Below, in pieces: positions 15,635 through 49,817 of a DNA stretch of 64,000 bases. Both the position numbers and the translations under genes were made by a program. Source of the stretch: Chrysomallon squamiferum. Its lineage: Eukaryota; Animalia; Mollusca. The first letter of the stretch is position 1; every line of letters starts with the position of its first letter. The notes below the pieces were generated by a model. That model had not been told where the DNA came from. It saw nothing but the letters and a program-made list of their open reading frames with translations, and did no database searches. The stretch lies in contig CM022671.1 of NCBI GenBank assembly GCA_012295275.1, positions 34,782,001-34,846,000 of the forward strand, in the 5' to 3' direction.

Positions 15635-16670
15635 ATACATATACCCACAACCAGAACACTATAAATACATATATTCAGTGATATGGGATGGTATTACTGA
15701 TGTGTTGTATTACCTACATCTAGTTTCACAGATAATAATATGACAGACTCTAAACCATAATCCTGATTAATAACTATGAGGGGATAAGGTCTGAAACTGA
15801 ACGCCAGAGACAGAAAACAAATATTTTTCTCCTTCTTCTCTCTCTGTCTCAGTCTCGTAATTGCCTAGCAACGCGACAAAACTGTTTTACTTAAAAAAAT
15901 ATTTGTTCAGATTTTTCTTCAGCTCACGACATAATTAGATTCAAATTCCCCGATGATATCGAAATACAAAGTCCATCTTCAGTGCCATGTTTATCCCTAT
16001 AAAGCTCTCTGTGTCAATTAATCACGATTGAAAAGATTTAGCAAGTAACGACACACATCATCTAGAAGCGAATAAATATTATATCTATCAATTTACTATG
16101 ACATTCGGGAAGCTCGCAAAGTAATCCCTCTTCTTAGCCCGAGCATAAAGAATTACCTTGGTGCTTTGGATGAAATGGAGGGATAACAATAGCTACAGAA
16201 GATTTTATTACTATTGATCTATAGCCTCCATCTGCGTGAGGTTTGGTAATCAAGGTTTCCGATTATGTCCCTTTGTTGGTTTGGTTTTTGTAGGAGGAAT
16301 TGGTACAGGTGTTTCGGTGCATTCTTAAATCTGAGCTTTGATATGTTAATATTACAAATTATTTTCCTTCTAAAAGATCTTTTTTTCTTTCTTTTTTAAT
16401 TATTTTTATTCTTTTTTTTTTTTTTTTTTTTTTTTGTTGTTGTTGTAAATCGTCTGTTCGGCTTTCTTGCTTATTTTATACCTTAATTTTCTTTAATTTC
16501 TAATTATCTTTAAATGTTGATGTAGTCTCTTTCAAAAATAAAATCTGGAAAGCTTTTAAATTCAGTACGAAATGGACGGCACACTTTAAAAAAAAAAAAA
16601 TTAAATTAAAGAAAACTTGCCATCTAGTGTCTTTAACAGGCATAAAAGAGGAGATTTTCAAACCAATATA

Positions 16671-16704
<34 letters not shown>

Positions 16705-17339
16705 ATACCAGTATCGTTTTTAAGAGATAAAAATCATATGAATTTTTATTTTTATTTTATTTTTTTCAAACTCCAATAAGAAGTGGGCGGTATTCTTTCA
16801 GTCTCTAAATGAAGAGACATAAAGCGAAGACAAATGATGCACAAAAGAACTCAGATATGGAATTACAAGCAATCAGCAGAACATTTTACTTGTCTCTCCT
16901 TCAACAGCTTCTGGGATTTTTTTTCTAACAACTGCCTGTGTGAGCGTCTCCCACACGCAGATGCATTGATTTTCAGATTTGCGACGTTGCGATGTTTGCC
17001 GCGGTGTTTGCAGTACACCGTCCTGTCCAACTCTCTCACAGTCTAATCGGCTTTGACGAAATCTCACAAGAGGCAATTACAAGATTCAACACGCAGTGAG
17101 AAATTACTCTGCTGGCAAAGTTTGCCAAGCCAGTATTATTTCGACCGCTAGGTGTCCCGGGGTCGAATCTTCATATCGAATCTTACCCGGAATAGATAAT
17201 CGTGTATGAATAAAAAAATGAATGAAAGGATGAATACAGATAAATGAGTTAATACTGAATAAATTAAAAGAATGAAGGAAGGAACCTTGACTAATGGAGA
17301 AATTAACGAACGAACGAATGGATGAATGATACATCAACA

Positions 17340-17590
17340 TATTTGTATATTAAAGGATATTTTAGGTGTTAAACATGGACTTTGTAATTATAATTTCACT
17401 GACCTTTCTGGATTAGCAGTAAAATATGCTTTATATCCACTTCCCGTAAACAGGTTAAAAAAAAACTTAACAATTATTTTGATTGAAACAGGAGAACTGG
17501 ATGGAACGTGAAAATTTCTGTGATCGTAATTTCGAAGATGACGACTTCTTACCTCTAGCGATAGCACTAACCACCGAGCCATATTCCCCT
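17340..17590 (-). mobile_element. Degenerate tRNA-derived SINE remnant
   Basis: Reverse strand reads tggctcggtggttagtgct (A-box-like) ... cttcgaaatt (weak B-box); followed 3' by (TTCA/TTCG)n-like simple sequence. Confidence 0.35.
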
Positions 17591-18663
17591 TTTTCAGCAT
17601 TCCTAAGGGAAAATGATATCATCTGACAAAAAAAAAATAGCGAGAAAAGAAAAAAAAAATATTGCAGAACACGTTTAAAGGCAATTTTAAAATTTATATC
17701 GTGCCAAATTTCATTTTGTAATCACTCTATTTTCAGAAAAAAAATAATTTTACAATTTTCATTTAAATTGGGGGAAAAAAAAGATCATTGCATTTGCGAT
17801 ATTCACATTATTATTTTTTTCTGTAGTGACTGATGACTTTCGGCGGTGTGATCAAATATTCGATTCTGATAAATATTTTTTTACCTCATTCTTTTATTGG
17901 TTTTATATTGTTTTTCCAATACAGAGATCGCTGACAATACTAAAAATTTTATTTTGTTTTATTAATATTTCTTAAACCATTTCTCTTTTAGAAAGTCATT
18001 AATTTTCCACTGTAGATATTTGACAATTTAATATACATACTTCTGAAGAGTATTTTCTTCTGCTAGAAGCAAGGAATCTTATATGTATACATTTCTTTGG
18101 AAAAGAAACTAAGCATATTATAACTGTCATTGTCACCAGTCTTATACGACTGTCTGTAATATGAAATTTGTTTCAAAATTAGTATCCGTGGACATCTGTT
18201 TGATGACATTTTTAATGTGCAATCGCAGAAGATGAAGAGAGTATTGTGTTCGACATGAAATGCCGAAATGTCTGGAGATGCGAGATACAGTTTATTCACT
18301 ATGATTATTTTCAGGTAATTTCGCAGAACGTATTTCTTGTCTCTTCGTGAAAGCCCTAACACGTAATCAGTGCCGTCAGAAGTGAAAGAAATTCACTCGT
18401 GTTGACGTTTTTCTTTTTTGTTTCCTATGAATTCACGCTTTGTAGATACAGAAAATGAACGGTGTTTTACGAATTTAATGACATGAGCGTTACAAATAAT
18501 CTTAAGTATTGCTTATTTATTTCCGTCTACTTTTCTTTTTATTTTACACAAATGCAGTGCTGTTTTGTTTTCGGGATTTTTTTTTTTTTTTTTCTTCCTC
18601 TCTTCTTTAGCTTCTTTTGCTATTTCTATTTTACTCTTTCTCTCTGTTTATCTCAGTGATTGT

Positions 18664-18739
<76 letters not shown>

Positions 18740-21700
18740 ATCTAACTGTCTCTAACATTCACTGAAAAATCTAACTAGTATACTGTGTTAATGAGTTTCT
18801 CTCGGTTAAATATTAGAAATGTAACTTTTTGTCTGAAACGACAGCTAACCACAGCCTCGAAACAAGATCCCGTCACAGAGGAAGTCAAATATTGAATTTC
18901 AAGAGGGACATTTCAAGTTTTGTTTCTCAGTCATGCTTCTTGGATCTGTCGTGTGACATCGATACTTTCGGTGAGTCATGATTTTGGGGTTGTTTGCACA
19001 AGGGGGATCTCGTCTGCATGTTGCGACAAGTTGCTATTGTTCAGCGGTATTGACGGACGAGGAGCACCACTGTGGTGGAAATAAAGGAACAGAATTGGAC
19101 AGGCCGAAATAATGGCGGCGAAACAAAACAAAGAATGTCTTAAGGCGAGGTTACGTTTGTAACAAAGTTCTTTTTTGTTCTTGTTGTTAACAGGACATCC
19201 TGAAGACCGTAAAAAGGGAACAAAACCCTTCAGAAATACTGCTGGCAGAAACGAACGAAAACAAACTCCGTGAATACGTCTGCGTTTGAATAAAGTAAAA
19301 TCTGAAATCGTACAGTCTCTCTTAAATTAGTTATAATATGGAAATAAATCACGTTTAGAAACAGAAGTAAAAAAGTTAAAGAAGAAGAAAAATGAATGTC
19401 ATCTGAAGAAGAAACGATGATTCATCACGTAGGAGATAATGTGAAGTTTCTCCGTGCAGGAAAATACTTTTCTAAAAGAAAATGAAAATCATTTTTCGTG
19501 TGTGATATTCTGTACAGAAACTCGAAAATACTTTCGATATTTAAAGAGGTACTGAGGAACAATAAACACAGTCACAGTTACATCGATTTAAATAACTGCA
19601 ATGATCTGATTTTCATCAGAATAAGGATTCTGTTGTGTATTCATTTAGATCATGTTTTCATGAAAGAATTGTTCTGTCTTTCACAAATTCTGACTTCTCA
19701 GAGATTCTGTTATAATGTGACACAGATTAAGAATTCTGGAGAATTTAGTTTTTTACAAAAGTTTATGTCAGTGGTGAAAACAAAACATTTGGGCTGCCCA
19801 GGATACTGTTCAGTACTGATGCTGTTTTAATTAATCTGCATATTGTACATTTCTAATCAGGATATGTAATGATTTAATAATTGGTCACCTGATTGTAAAA
19901 AATTTATTATCTCTTTTTGGATCGTAATTGCCACTTTGTTAAAGGTAGAGTATGCTGATAACTAATTATACATGCATGCACAGATTTCATAACATTATGC
20001 ATAGGTGTATGTAAATAAAGAAAAAAAATAGACACCCACACATATATGTATATATGCCTGTGTGTGTGTGTGTCTTGTTGTATGTATGTATGTATGTATA
20101 TATGCATGTGTGTATGTGTGTGTGTGTATATATATGCTTGTATGTGTGTGTGTATGTGTGTGTCTGAGTGTATATGGATGGATGGATGGATGTATGTACG
20201 TACATATATAGATACACATCCAAGCGTGTATATACGTACAGATACGGCTAGACTATACCTACACACGCACTGTGTAAGATCATACATATTTCTTTTTTAT
20301 CAGTCAACACATATAATATATTTATTTATTTACATGACATCTGAAACAGTATCAACGATTGTAAGATACAAAAGCAGGGAGACGGTCCAACAGATGACGT
20401 TATCCCAGAACACTGATCCGCTTAGAACCGAGAAGGTTTTATTTTTCACGCTGCCGCTTGTTCGTCCATTCATTTCTTTCCACGCCACAAAGAAAATTCA
20501 AACACAATATTTCATTTCAACTGGGCAAGTGCTCTGCTCGTGAAGCTTTTCAATTTGTTTTAATCGATACGTTTGTTTTCCGTTAAATGCGCCATGACGG
20601 AATAGAAATCCCTCTTTCGTAATCTGTCGTCAAATCGCGTCATACGTCGGGCAGAGCTGACAGCCAATTAAAACGCTTTTGATGAAATGGCGAATAATTA
20701 CGTCATAACCGAGCGTGGGAAGGACGTGTTGGTGAAAGGTCTCGGCTGGCGATTGATAAATGTTTTGTTACTGGATTTCGATGCATTTAACAACAAAACA
20801 TCGTCACGGAAAGAGTTTCGACTCGGTGTCTGTTAATGATCTGAATGAACACGCTAGATGAAAAGAGGTTCATGGAGAGACAGTTTCTGACATAAATTGT
20901 TTATATCACAGTAGTGAGACCAAGAGCAAGAAATTTTGCATCATGTAAATCTGAGCTTTCCTTAAAGCGGACAGAAATTTTATAACATATGACGAAAGTT
21001 AGCCAGTGAAAAGAAAGGTTGTATACTAGTATTATTTATTATACATGCAATGGAATAATGGTTAGAAAGGAGAGTATATGAGGGATATACTGTAATTAAT
21101 ATGAACATGGTAACAGCATGTTGTTCAGTGTGTAGTGAGTATGGAATAAATTGATTCTTGGTTTCTGGTAAAGACAGTGCAGGAAATTATGCTTAACGAT
21201 TGAATATTCTGTGGTAGTTTCGTGTCGGCTTGAATCAGAGATCATATTTGAAAAAATGTATAGTTTTATATTTTGTTGTTACTCTGTTAATTTACTGTAT
21301 TGTTTAATTTGCTTAACGGTGAATAATATGAATTTATATATATTTATATATATAAATCAGTTATCCTGACTTTGTGTCTAAGATTACCTATATGAGAAAA
21401 TATATTTAATAAAATATGGGCAAACAGGCAAGTTTAACGTAGGAAAGAAAAATAAAAACAAGTTTCAGTCGGCGAGTTACTAATACTCTGTCATTTCACT
21501 GACAGTAATGCATTAGGACATAATTACATCTCGTTATCAAATGAAAAACAAATCATTATTTTTTAAAAAGATTTATTTTAAAAAATAAAACCCGCGCTGA
21601 ACACATTCCTCTGGACTGCTCGTTTCTGTTAATCCTCGCTGTGTTTTCGTTAAGCCTATTAGTGTTATCCGATTTGCGAGAAAATTTATTGATGAAAAAT

Positions 21701-22430
21701 AATTTTGACAATTTTAATTTGTCACCAACTGCCGCTGCATTGCAGAGATTATAACTTTCGAAATAAATCGTTTTTGCCTTGAATCTGCAATGAAAATATC
21801 TATAGTGCGCCCAGTAATTTTGAATAATACCAAAAAATTGCAATAATAAAGGGAAAAAATAAAATAAAAATGTTTTCATTAATGGCGTTCACGTCAACTC
21901 ATTATATAGAAATGTGACGGCATTTTCAGTTAAAAAAAAAATGAGTGTGAACTGTAGACAGATTTACATTTAGAAAACGACAACAGCATGATAAAAATAA
22001 ATCAATGTTATCTTAACATTTCAGATTGTACCTTAATATTTATATTGACGATTACAGGGTGACCAGTAAATGACTTTTGTAATAAGGTATGAGAGGAAAG
22101 CCGCACAAAATTTTAATTATTATTATTTTTTTTTTTAATATATTTTTTTTTTTTTTTTTACAGGTTGTTTTGTATGTGATGTAAAACACACAAGATATTC
22201 TTTTTGGGATAAATTCTGATCTTACTCAATTGCTAAAGGTTTGTATATTTAGATGATTTATAAATTCATTCTGAATGCATTCATTATGATATACAGAAGA
22301 AAACTACATATATGTGTGTGTATGTGATTGTGCGTGTGTGTGTGTGTGTTCTATCTGGTTAATCTGGTATCTTTTTCATGCTCTAACAAAATGTATAACA
22401 TGTTTTCAAAACAATGTTTTTAATGATAAA

Positions 22431-22569
<139 letters not shown>

Positions 22570-23897
22570 AATTGACTGATTTTTACGACTTCGTGTACGT
22601 AAAATGTTCTGACAGAGACCACAGCAGGCGTTCTTGCACCGTTACGTAACGGAATTATGTCGCAGCCGACGGCGTCGTGAAAAAACACTTGTCTGCGACG
22701 TAGATAATTCACTGTTAATTCTGCACACGCTGCTGCTGCTGGCGTTCACGAGGCTGTCGCTCACCTGAGTGATTCACTTTACGTTAATCTGCCTCTCACG
22801 TTTCAGTCGGCTTCCAGTCAGATTGTTTCGTAACAGCTTTGTGTGGGCTGCGGTAACAGACGCGTTTAAAAGAGGAGTTCAGTGAATTAAAACTCACCCG
22901 ACTCCGTGTCGCTGAGTTAAACTTGGATCTCTGGTAGAACTCATCGTACTTGATAACACAGAGACCTGCTGCTTCACTCGGGGCTTTCTGAAAAGGACAG
23001 GCTGTCAGGAACGCATTAATATTTTACTGAAATTTTTACTGATTCATCGAACTCGGATGAGATGACGCAGAGTCGAAAGGTATTTAACCTGATGAACGAT
23101 AAGTGTGAGAAGGATGACTTGTCAAATGTTACGGTGACGTATCATTTTACAGAAGTGTGGTAGACTGAAACTAACTACCCACTCGAATAATTTGAGATCT
23201 AGTAGGCTGCTGAATCGAGATCCGCGTGACGGATTTAAAATGAACTGTAAGGACACAGAATTTTTGCAATAGAATTTTTTTACAGTTATTGTATTATGGA
23301 TATTTGTAAAACAGAGGGATAAAAGAATTTTATAAAATGTCAGTAATCAACACTAACACAATTTCTTTTTTTTTTTTAATAACACGATTTCGGAGTGTTT
23401 GAATTGCGTGCCTATTCAGGCGTACATAAACCTTTTTTTTTTTCTTTCTTTTTTAAAAACGTGCATAAATAGAACTGATGAATAGAATTTCAAAATCGAT
23501 AAAGAACTGATGCATTCCATTATGGATGTTAGCGACCTGTTTAATGTAATACATAAAAATTACAAATTGTTCTATTATGTCGTTGGGTTCCATGTAATGT
23601 GTATATATGCACGTGTGTGTACGCGTGCAAAGGATTTTGGGAGCGTGTGACAGTGTATTTCAGTTTGTGAGCGACTGTATGTGCATGATTCCTTCACGAA
23701 TGGTCATCTTTGCGTTTATTTGTATAAGATAATTGTATTAACACATGAAGAACACTGCTACATGGTTCTTTAATATATAATATATACTTCAATGTTGTGT
23801 TTGTACGTAAGCTTGAATTTATACAGAAGCGTATGAATAGCATACAATTATAAATAAGCCTTTACCAAAAAACAAAGCTTTTTTTTACGTTTTTCAG

Positions 23898-24081
23898 GAT
23901 TAAACGAAGGCGAAATGAAGACCCGCGTGAACGTAATAATGATGACTATACAATGAACAGGAGAGACTGACAAATACTACGTTTTCGACTTTCATATGGA
24001 TTAGCTATTTGTGTAGTGATAAGAGGAAAGATTGTGAACGAATGAGAGGGAGATGTAGGAGAATCAGACACAGAAAATAAC
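23898..24081 (+). promoter_or_regulatory. Spliced 5' UTR segment of the neuroglian-like gene containing 5 uORFs
   Basis: Follows a strong acceptor (ttttttacgtttttcag). ATGs at 23915, 23939, 23942, 23953, 23996, 24042 and 24053. Confidence 0.6.
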
Positions 24082-43958
<19,877 letters not shown>

Positions 43959-46900
43959 CACGACTGATATGATGCATCATGAATTCTTATTGGCTCACAA
44001 ATGAAATGACGACTTCCTATTGGTGAATGTGCATCAGGATTTGATTGGATATTTCACTGACACTTGTGAAAGTCTGTGACATTTCTTTTTTGTTTCTGAG
44101 TAGCTGGGGAAAAATTCTTATGCACACATTTATTCAAGAGGAAGGTGTTTAAAAAGAATTATTACAAAACGTTTTGTGCCAACCCAATTACATCACTTCA
44201 GGTGAAACCTTCTGATATGCAATAACAATAACAGCAACCACAGAACAGTTGAACAAAACAGAGGCACTTTATGATTTTGTCAGTTTGATGTCACTGATGA
44301 CTAGGTGCGTGTTCTGCAGATATTTACAGACGTTCAGTGATAAAATAATACACAAATTTCATCATGTAGTGGTTGGTTGGATACAAACGCTTATAATTTG
44401 TTTGTTGTTTGTACGGTCTACTGGAAGCCCTTCTATGGGCATCATCAACTAACCAGTTTTAAATTAAGCTATTAAAATACGCTTGTTGATGTTTCGAAAA
44501 TTTTAAATGTGTATCAATCAAATTTAATGTCTTTTAATATCTTTCAGAGATTAGGGAGAAAATAAATGTAAATAATATATTATACAGAAAATACTGGTAT
44601 TGTCAGTTACTTAGACGTCATGTTTGTGTTAAATATAAATCCATTTTCTAAATGTACAATCCAAAAACATTTGGAACAATCTTCAGCTCTTGTTTATTGA
44701 ACTGTTAAAAACTTTACATAATTATGGAATCTGCTGCAGTAACGTTCACGTAAATTTTTTTAAAAATGACTTACTCTATCGGAATTACTGTTTACATTAA
44801 AATAACTGTTAGTAAAGTGTTTTACAAGGTCAGTAGCCGTGTTGATGTTGAACTATTCATTTAGTTCTTTGCTGCGTCTGACAAAACGTAACCAGAGAAA
44901 CGAGGAATCAAACTCTTGAGGAAAGGTTTAATTTCAGCACGTTACGCGTATTTCATTGTTTGTTCTCGTGCGTTATTTTTGTGTTAGTATTCTTGACAAG
45001 TGATTTTCTTTCTCTTATTTTATTTCAAAAAATCCTGAATGTGATTCATTACTGAACTGTTTTCGAATGATAAGACATTCCGCAAATGAATCTGGATTAT
45101 TAATCGCTACTTTCTTAATCGTTCATCTGCCTACTAAAGGTTCACCAACCACCAATAAAGAAGTAAATATTCAGTTGACTAACGGTTCTAACTGACAATT
45201 CAGAAAGGATTCTAAATTGATCAGACAGAAAATAATGATTCATTGGCAACCAATAAAAGAAAGCAAGAACGGATTCGTTGATGATCGCCCAAGGAAGATT
45301 TGTTGTTAAATAGTCAACAAATGAATAATTCGTAAACAAACAGTGAATAATATCTGACACCATTGTGATTCTCTCTGATACATCTACACAAGCAGAAAGA
45401 CAAGATTCAGACCAGTTAATATTTGCCATTCTCTGTGACCCAGTTTTCTTGCGCTATTCAAGTGTTTAAAACGGTGTTGTGAGATTCTAAGATTACTTTT
45501 GAAAATTGAAGTGTTTAAAACTGTGTGTTTCCGCTTTATTACTTTAAAAATATTTCCAGCAGTATAATTGTTATAACACTGACTAGACAGCAGTGAATAC
45601 AGGAAATTTCAGTGAAACTCTACTGAACGCTTTCCTGTCAAACAATGCAAAGAAGCGAATTTGTTCAGATACTGAATTTAAATCATTTTCTTTCACTTGT
45701 TATAGTTAGCCTGTCTGCTGCTGTGAAAATGCTCATGAATGTACATATTTCTTCATGATTCTCTTTCTTATCTGTGTTCATACTCAATTTTGATGTTTCA
45801 TCTGTAAAATCAAACGTTTAGTTGTTGGATGTAAGAATTTAGAAAAAAACAAAATGTACGATATCAAGTTTATTCTTTGTCATTCGCCTCACTTCTGCAC
45901 ATTGTAATATCATCTGTCCAGTTCCCAAATGTTTTGAAGTTTCAGAATAATTAGCAGAAATGGAATTATCCATATTTTGTCCACGTTTAGACTCTTAATC
46001 TAGATCGTAATCCTTATTAACACATATCTAAACACATATATTTTTTATTACTTTTACTACAAAACTAATACAATTTACAGACATCGAAATAACGAGACTG
46101 TGAAAACAAAAACATTTATGTCATGATTTTACAAATAACTGAAACAATTTTGTTACTGTTCCCGACGCGAGGGAAATATTTTTCTCATTACGACTTTGGG
46201 AAAGAAGTTTTATATTTTATTATAGAATGTTGTTTGATCCTCTTAAAATATAGTTGTAAAAATAATTTTGCCGCTTTCGAAACAAAAAATATCAAATATT
46301 TTAAAGAAGAAAAATTATTCTTAATCTTTAATGTCTTTTTCATGACAATATATATATATATATATGATTTGCTTTGTTAAATGAAATTTAAAATTACTAC
46401 GAATGAAATAACAATTTAATTAATGTATGCATTAAATGCGAAATGAAGTTTAATGCAGCAAACGGTTGTGACTAATCAATCATTGTTAGTTGTATAGATA
46501 TTATTTTACCTTTTGGTATGCGCATGTGCCAACATACTGTTATTATCTTATGTTCCGTTTTAGCACTGTGAGCGGGAAACTATTATGTTTGCCAATATTT
46601 TGACTGAATATTACTACATATTTTATAAATGGCAGATACTCATAAATATATGTAAATATATATATTTCCTTCTGTGTCCAAACATTTATAATGTTCTATT
46701 TCATTTTCATATTATTTTCTTTTAATTCTTGTAATACGTTTCTTTGCACTCATGTTTACTTAGATATATGCACATATACCTTCACATACATAGTGTTTAA
46801 TGATTGAGACCGACATACATAACAACATGTACATCCAACATTAACAGACTGGTAACACTGAAGCTCCTAAACAGAATGAGGTATATTTTCTGTTAACACA

Positions 46901-47086
46901 CGTCATGATTTGAAAACTTCAACTAATGCACTAAAGTTCTCCATATTCCTGTTTTAAAACTTTCAAAATTATTCTCGAATCGACATTAAGTTATTATTTC
47001 GATTATTTGTGCGTATATTTAGCAGCCATTGGCTAAAAATTAACGTCTGCTTCAAGGTTACATCTTGACCTTACTACTATGCATTT

Positions 47087-47120
<34 letters not shown>

Positions 47121-47954
47121 TTGTTGTCTTCATTATTTTTAATTATAGCAGTCTATGTGGGTCAGTTATTATAATAACTTCAGTTTTTACCCATTTTTAT
47201 ATATATATATATATATACCTAACAAACATACTTAAATACACACTTACATTCAAACACACATACAGATATACAAGCATACATACACAAATACAAATAGACA
47301 CACATACATACATACGTACATAGACACACACACACACACACACATACGTACGTAAGAGTAAATTTCAGACTTGGATTACAAGGTATCCTTTTAATGACAG
47401 TGTTTAAAACTATTTCTGATACAGCTGAAAATGCAGATTAAAATTAATCTCAGTGCTTAAACTTTCCGATCTGTTACCAGCCTGGGTGAAACGTCCAAAT
47501 GGAAAACTTTGATAATTGCAAACCCACATTATTTTCTGACGTAGCGTGCAGTTGTCGATCTTGATCTAGATGCAAACCCTGGCAAAAAAAAAAAAAAAAA
47601 AAAAAGATTATGCCGCTAGAGGAAATCCATTATCCCAAAAAATCCATATTTTCTTTTACTGATTTTCAATACGGTTAGTACAATAGACTGTAATTGAGTA
47701 TTCCTACTATATATTTGTTACCTATTCAGGCAGCTTCTTTCATATACATTTTCTCTCTTTTTTTTTATCTTTTTTTCTTTTTCTTTTCTTGCTTCCTATT
47801 CTTCTTTTTCTTCGTCTTCTTTATCTTCGTCCTCTTTTATCGTAAGAAACTTCTATTAATAAATTTCGCTCTTTTAATGTCCGTTAAATTATATTTACAT
47901 TATTTTTCTAATTTTCAAATTTTGGATAAGGGTCCTCTATCTGTATTATTCTTC

Positions 47955-48027
<73 letters not shown>

Positions 48028-48429
48028 ATGTACGATTATTTATTAAATTTCATTCCCCATAACAAAACAGACTGAAAAAAAAAAAAAAAAATGGAAAAGA
48101 CAACAAAAAACAAAACAGAATATTGTGTTGGTTGTTAACCATTTCCAGTTGCGATAACTCAGAGTTATCGTTCTTTGCATGGTAGTCTTACACATTTACA
48201 CATCAGTTTATTTTTTCAAAGTTGTTTTTCTTGTTTTCTTACGTTTATTTTTGTTTTCAAAAAATGTTTTATTATTCTCAGCTGTGCAATAGAAGATTTT
48301 ATTATGATTGTGAATAAACAGTTACTTTTCCTAAAATATTTTGTTTGCGTTTTTTTCATTCAGTGTCTAAATTAAGATATATTTATAAAACTTTAATTTA
48401 TTAGTATATGCAGTATAGCTTCTGAGAAT

Positions 48430-48472
<43 letters not shown>

Positions 48473-49784
48473 CAAAACATTTATAATACAAATACAGTGA
48501 GAAAATTTTATGTATTTAGTATTGATTCAAAAAATAAAAAATGTTGTTGCAAATGACAAAAAATAAAAAAAAATGATCGAGTTTTCTCAAGGATTATAAC
48601 CGCATCACATATTTATCGAAATATTTGATATCCAAAAGTCAATGAAAGAATAACAAAAATAACCAGATTGTTGCTCAATAAAACAAACTTCAACTTTTTA
48701 CTTCTTTCGAATTTTATTTTTTAAAAATATTCTATCAAATTAATTTAATTATAATATTTTTTTACCCAATCTCTTCAAACCTTTATTATTTTTTTTTATT
48801 ATTATTATTTTTTTTTTTTTTTTTTTTTTTTTCATCCACGGTTCCACAGAATAAGCATCATATGGCTTCAGCACTAACCTGCAGGATCTTCGACAGCCGC
48901 GTTGCCTGGATACGATGACATTTAACATTCCCCCTTAATTATACTTTATTATATTAAGAAAGACAAGATGAGGGCACAGTATTTTCTTTCAATAAATCAA
49001 ACTGCACATGAGCCAGGCAAAGAGCCGACGGGGGGGGAGACCGCGTCTTCTGCATTACGCTGAGCTTACGGCTCCGTGATTATAGCGGAATGAGAACCAG
49101 TCCACAGCTTCTGCCGGCAAGCGGTTGAATAATTACAGACGCGGGCACTTCCTGTTGAATTATTCAGAAGCGATGTCGTTCATTGTGATGTTACAAACAC
49201 CTGTGTGATGAAGAGGTCAGCCAAATAACAGAGCTGGGAAACTGATAACGTAAAAATATATATATGTATTATAAAGTTCGAGCATAAAAGAGAACTAAAA
49301 AGGATTCATAACAGTAGGAAGAAGTAAATTAGTAGGAGAAAAGAGAAGTGAAAAAGGCAGAATAAAGAACATGACTTCGTGTTTAAAAAAGGTTTCAGTA
49401 TTTTGTAAATTAATGGTTATCAGACGTCAGCTGTTTAGGCTGTATGTAATCATGGTATTGTTCGGCAGTCTCTACCTTTCCCCCCTGTGAATTATTCTAT
49501 TAGTTGATGCATTTTTTTCCCCACATAAAAGTGCGGCCCTCATTTAAAAGTACAGTAGTTGTGAGACACTGAAAAAAAATGTAAAGAACCCAAAGAAACA
49601 ACAACAAAAATAATACATTTTTTTCGAGTGGCTTCTTCATATTTTAGAAAGATTAATCTTCATGTTAATTTTTTTAACTCTCTCTCTCTCTCCTCTCCAT
49701 CTCTTTCTCAATCGCTCTATCTCTGACTCTCTCTCTCTCTCTCTCTCTTTCTCATCTCTATGTCTCCTGCTATCTCTCTGTATC

Positions 49785-49817
<33 letters not shown>

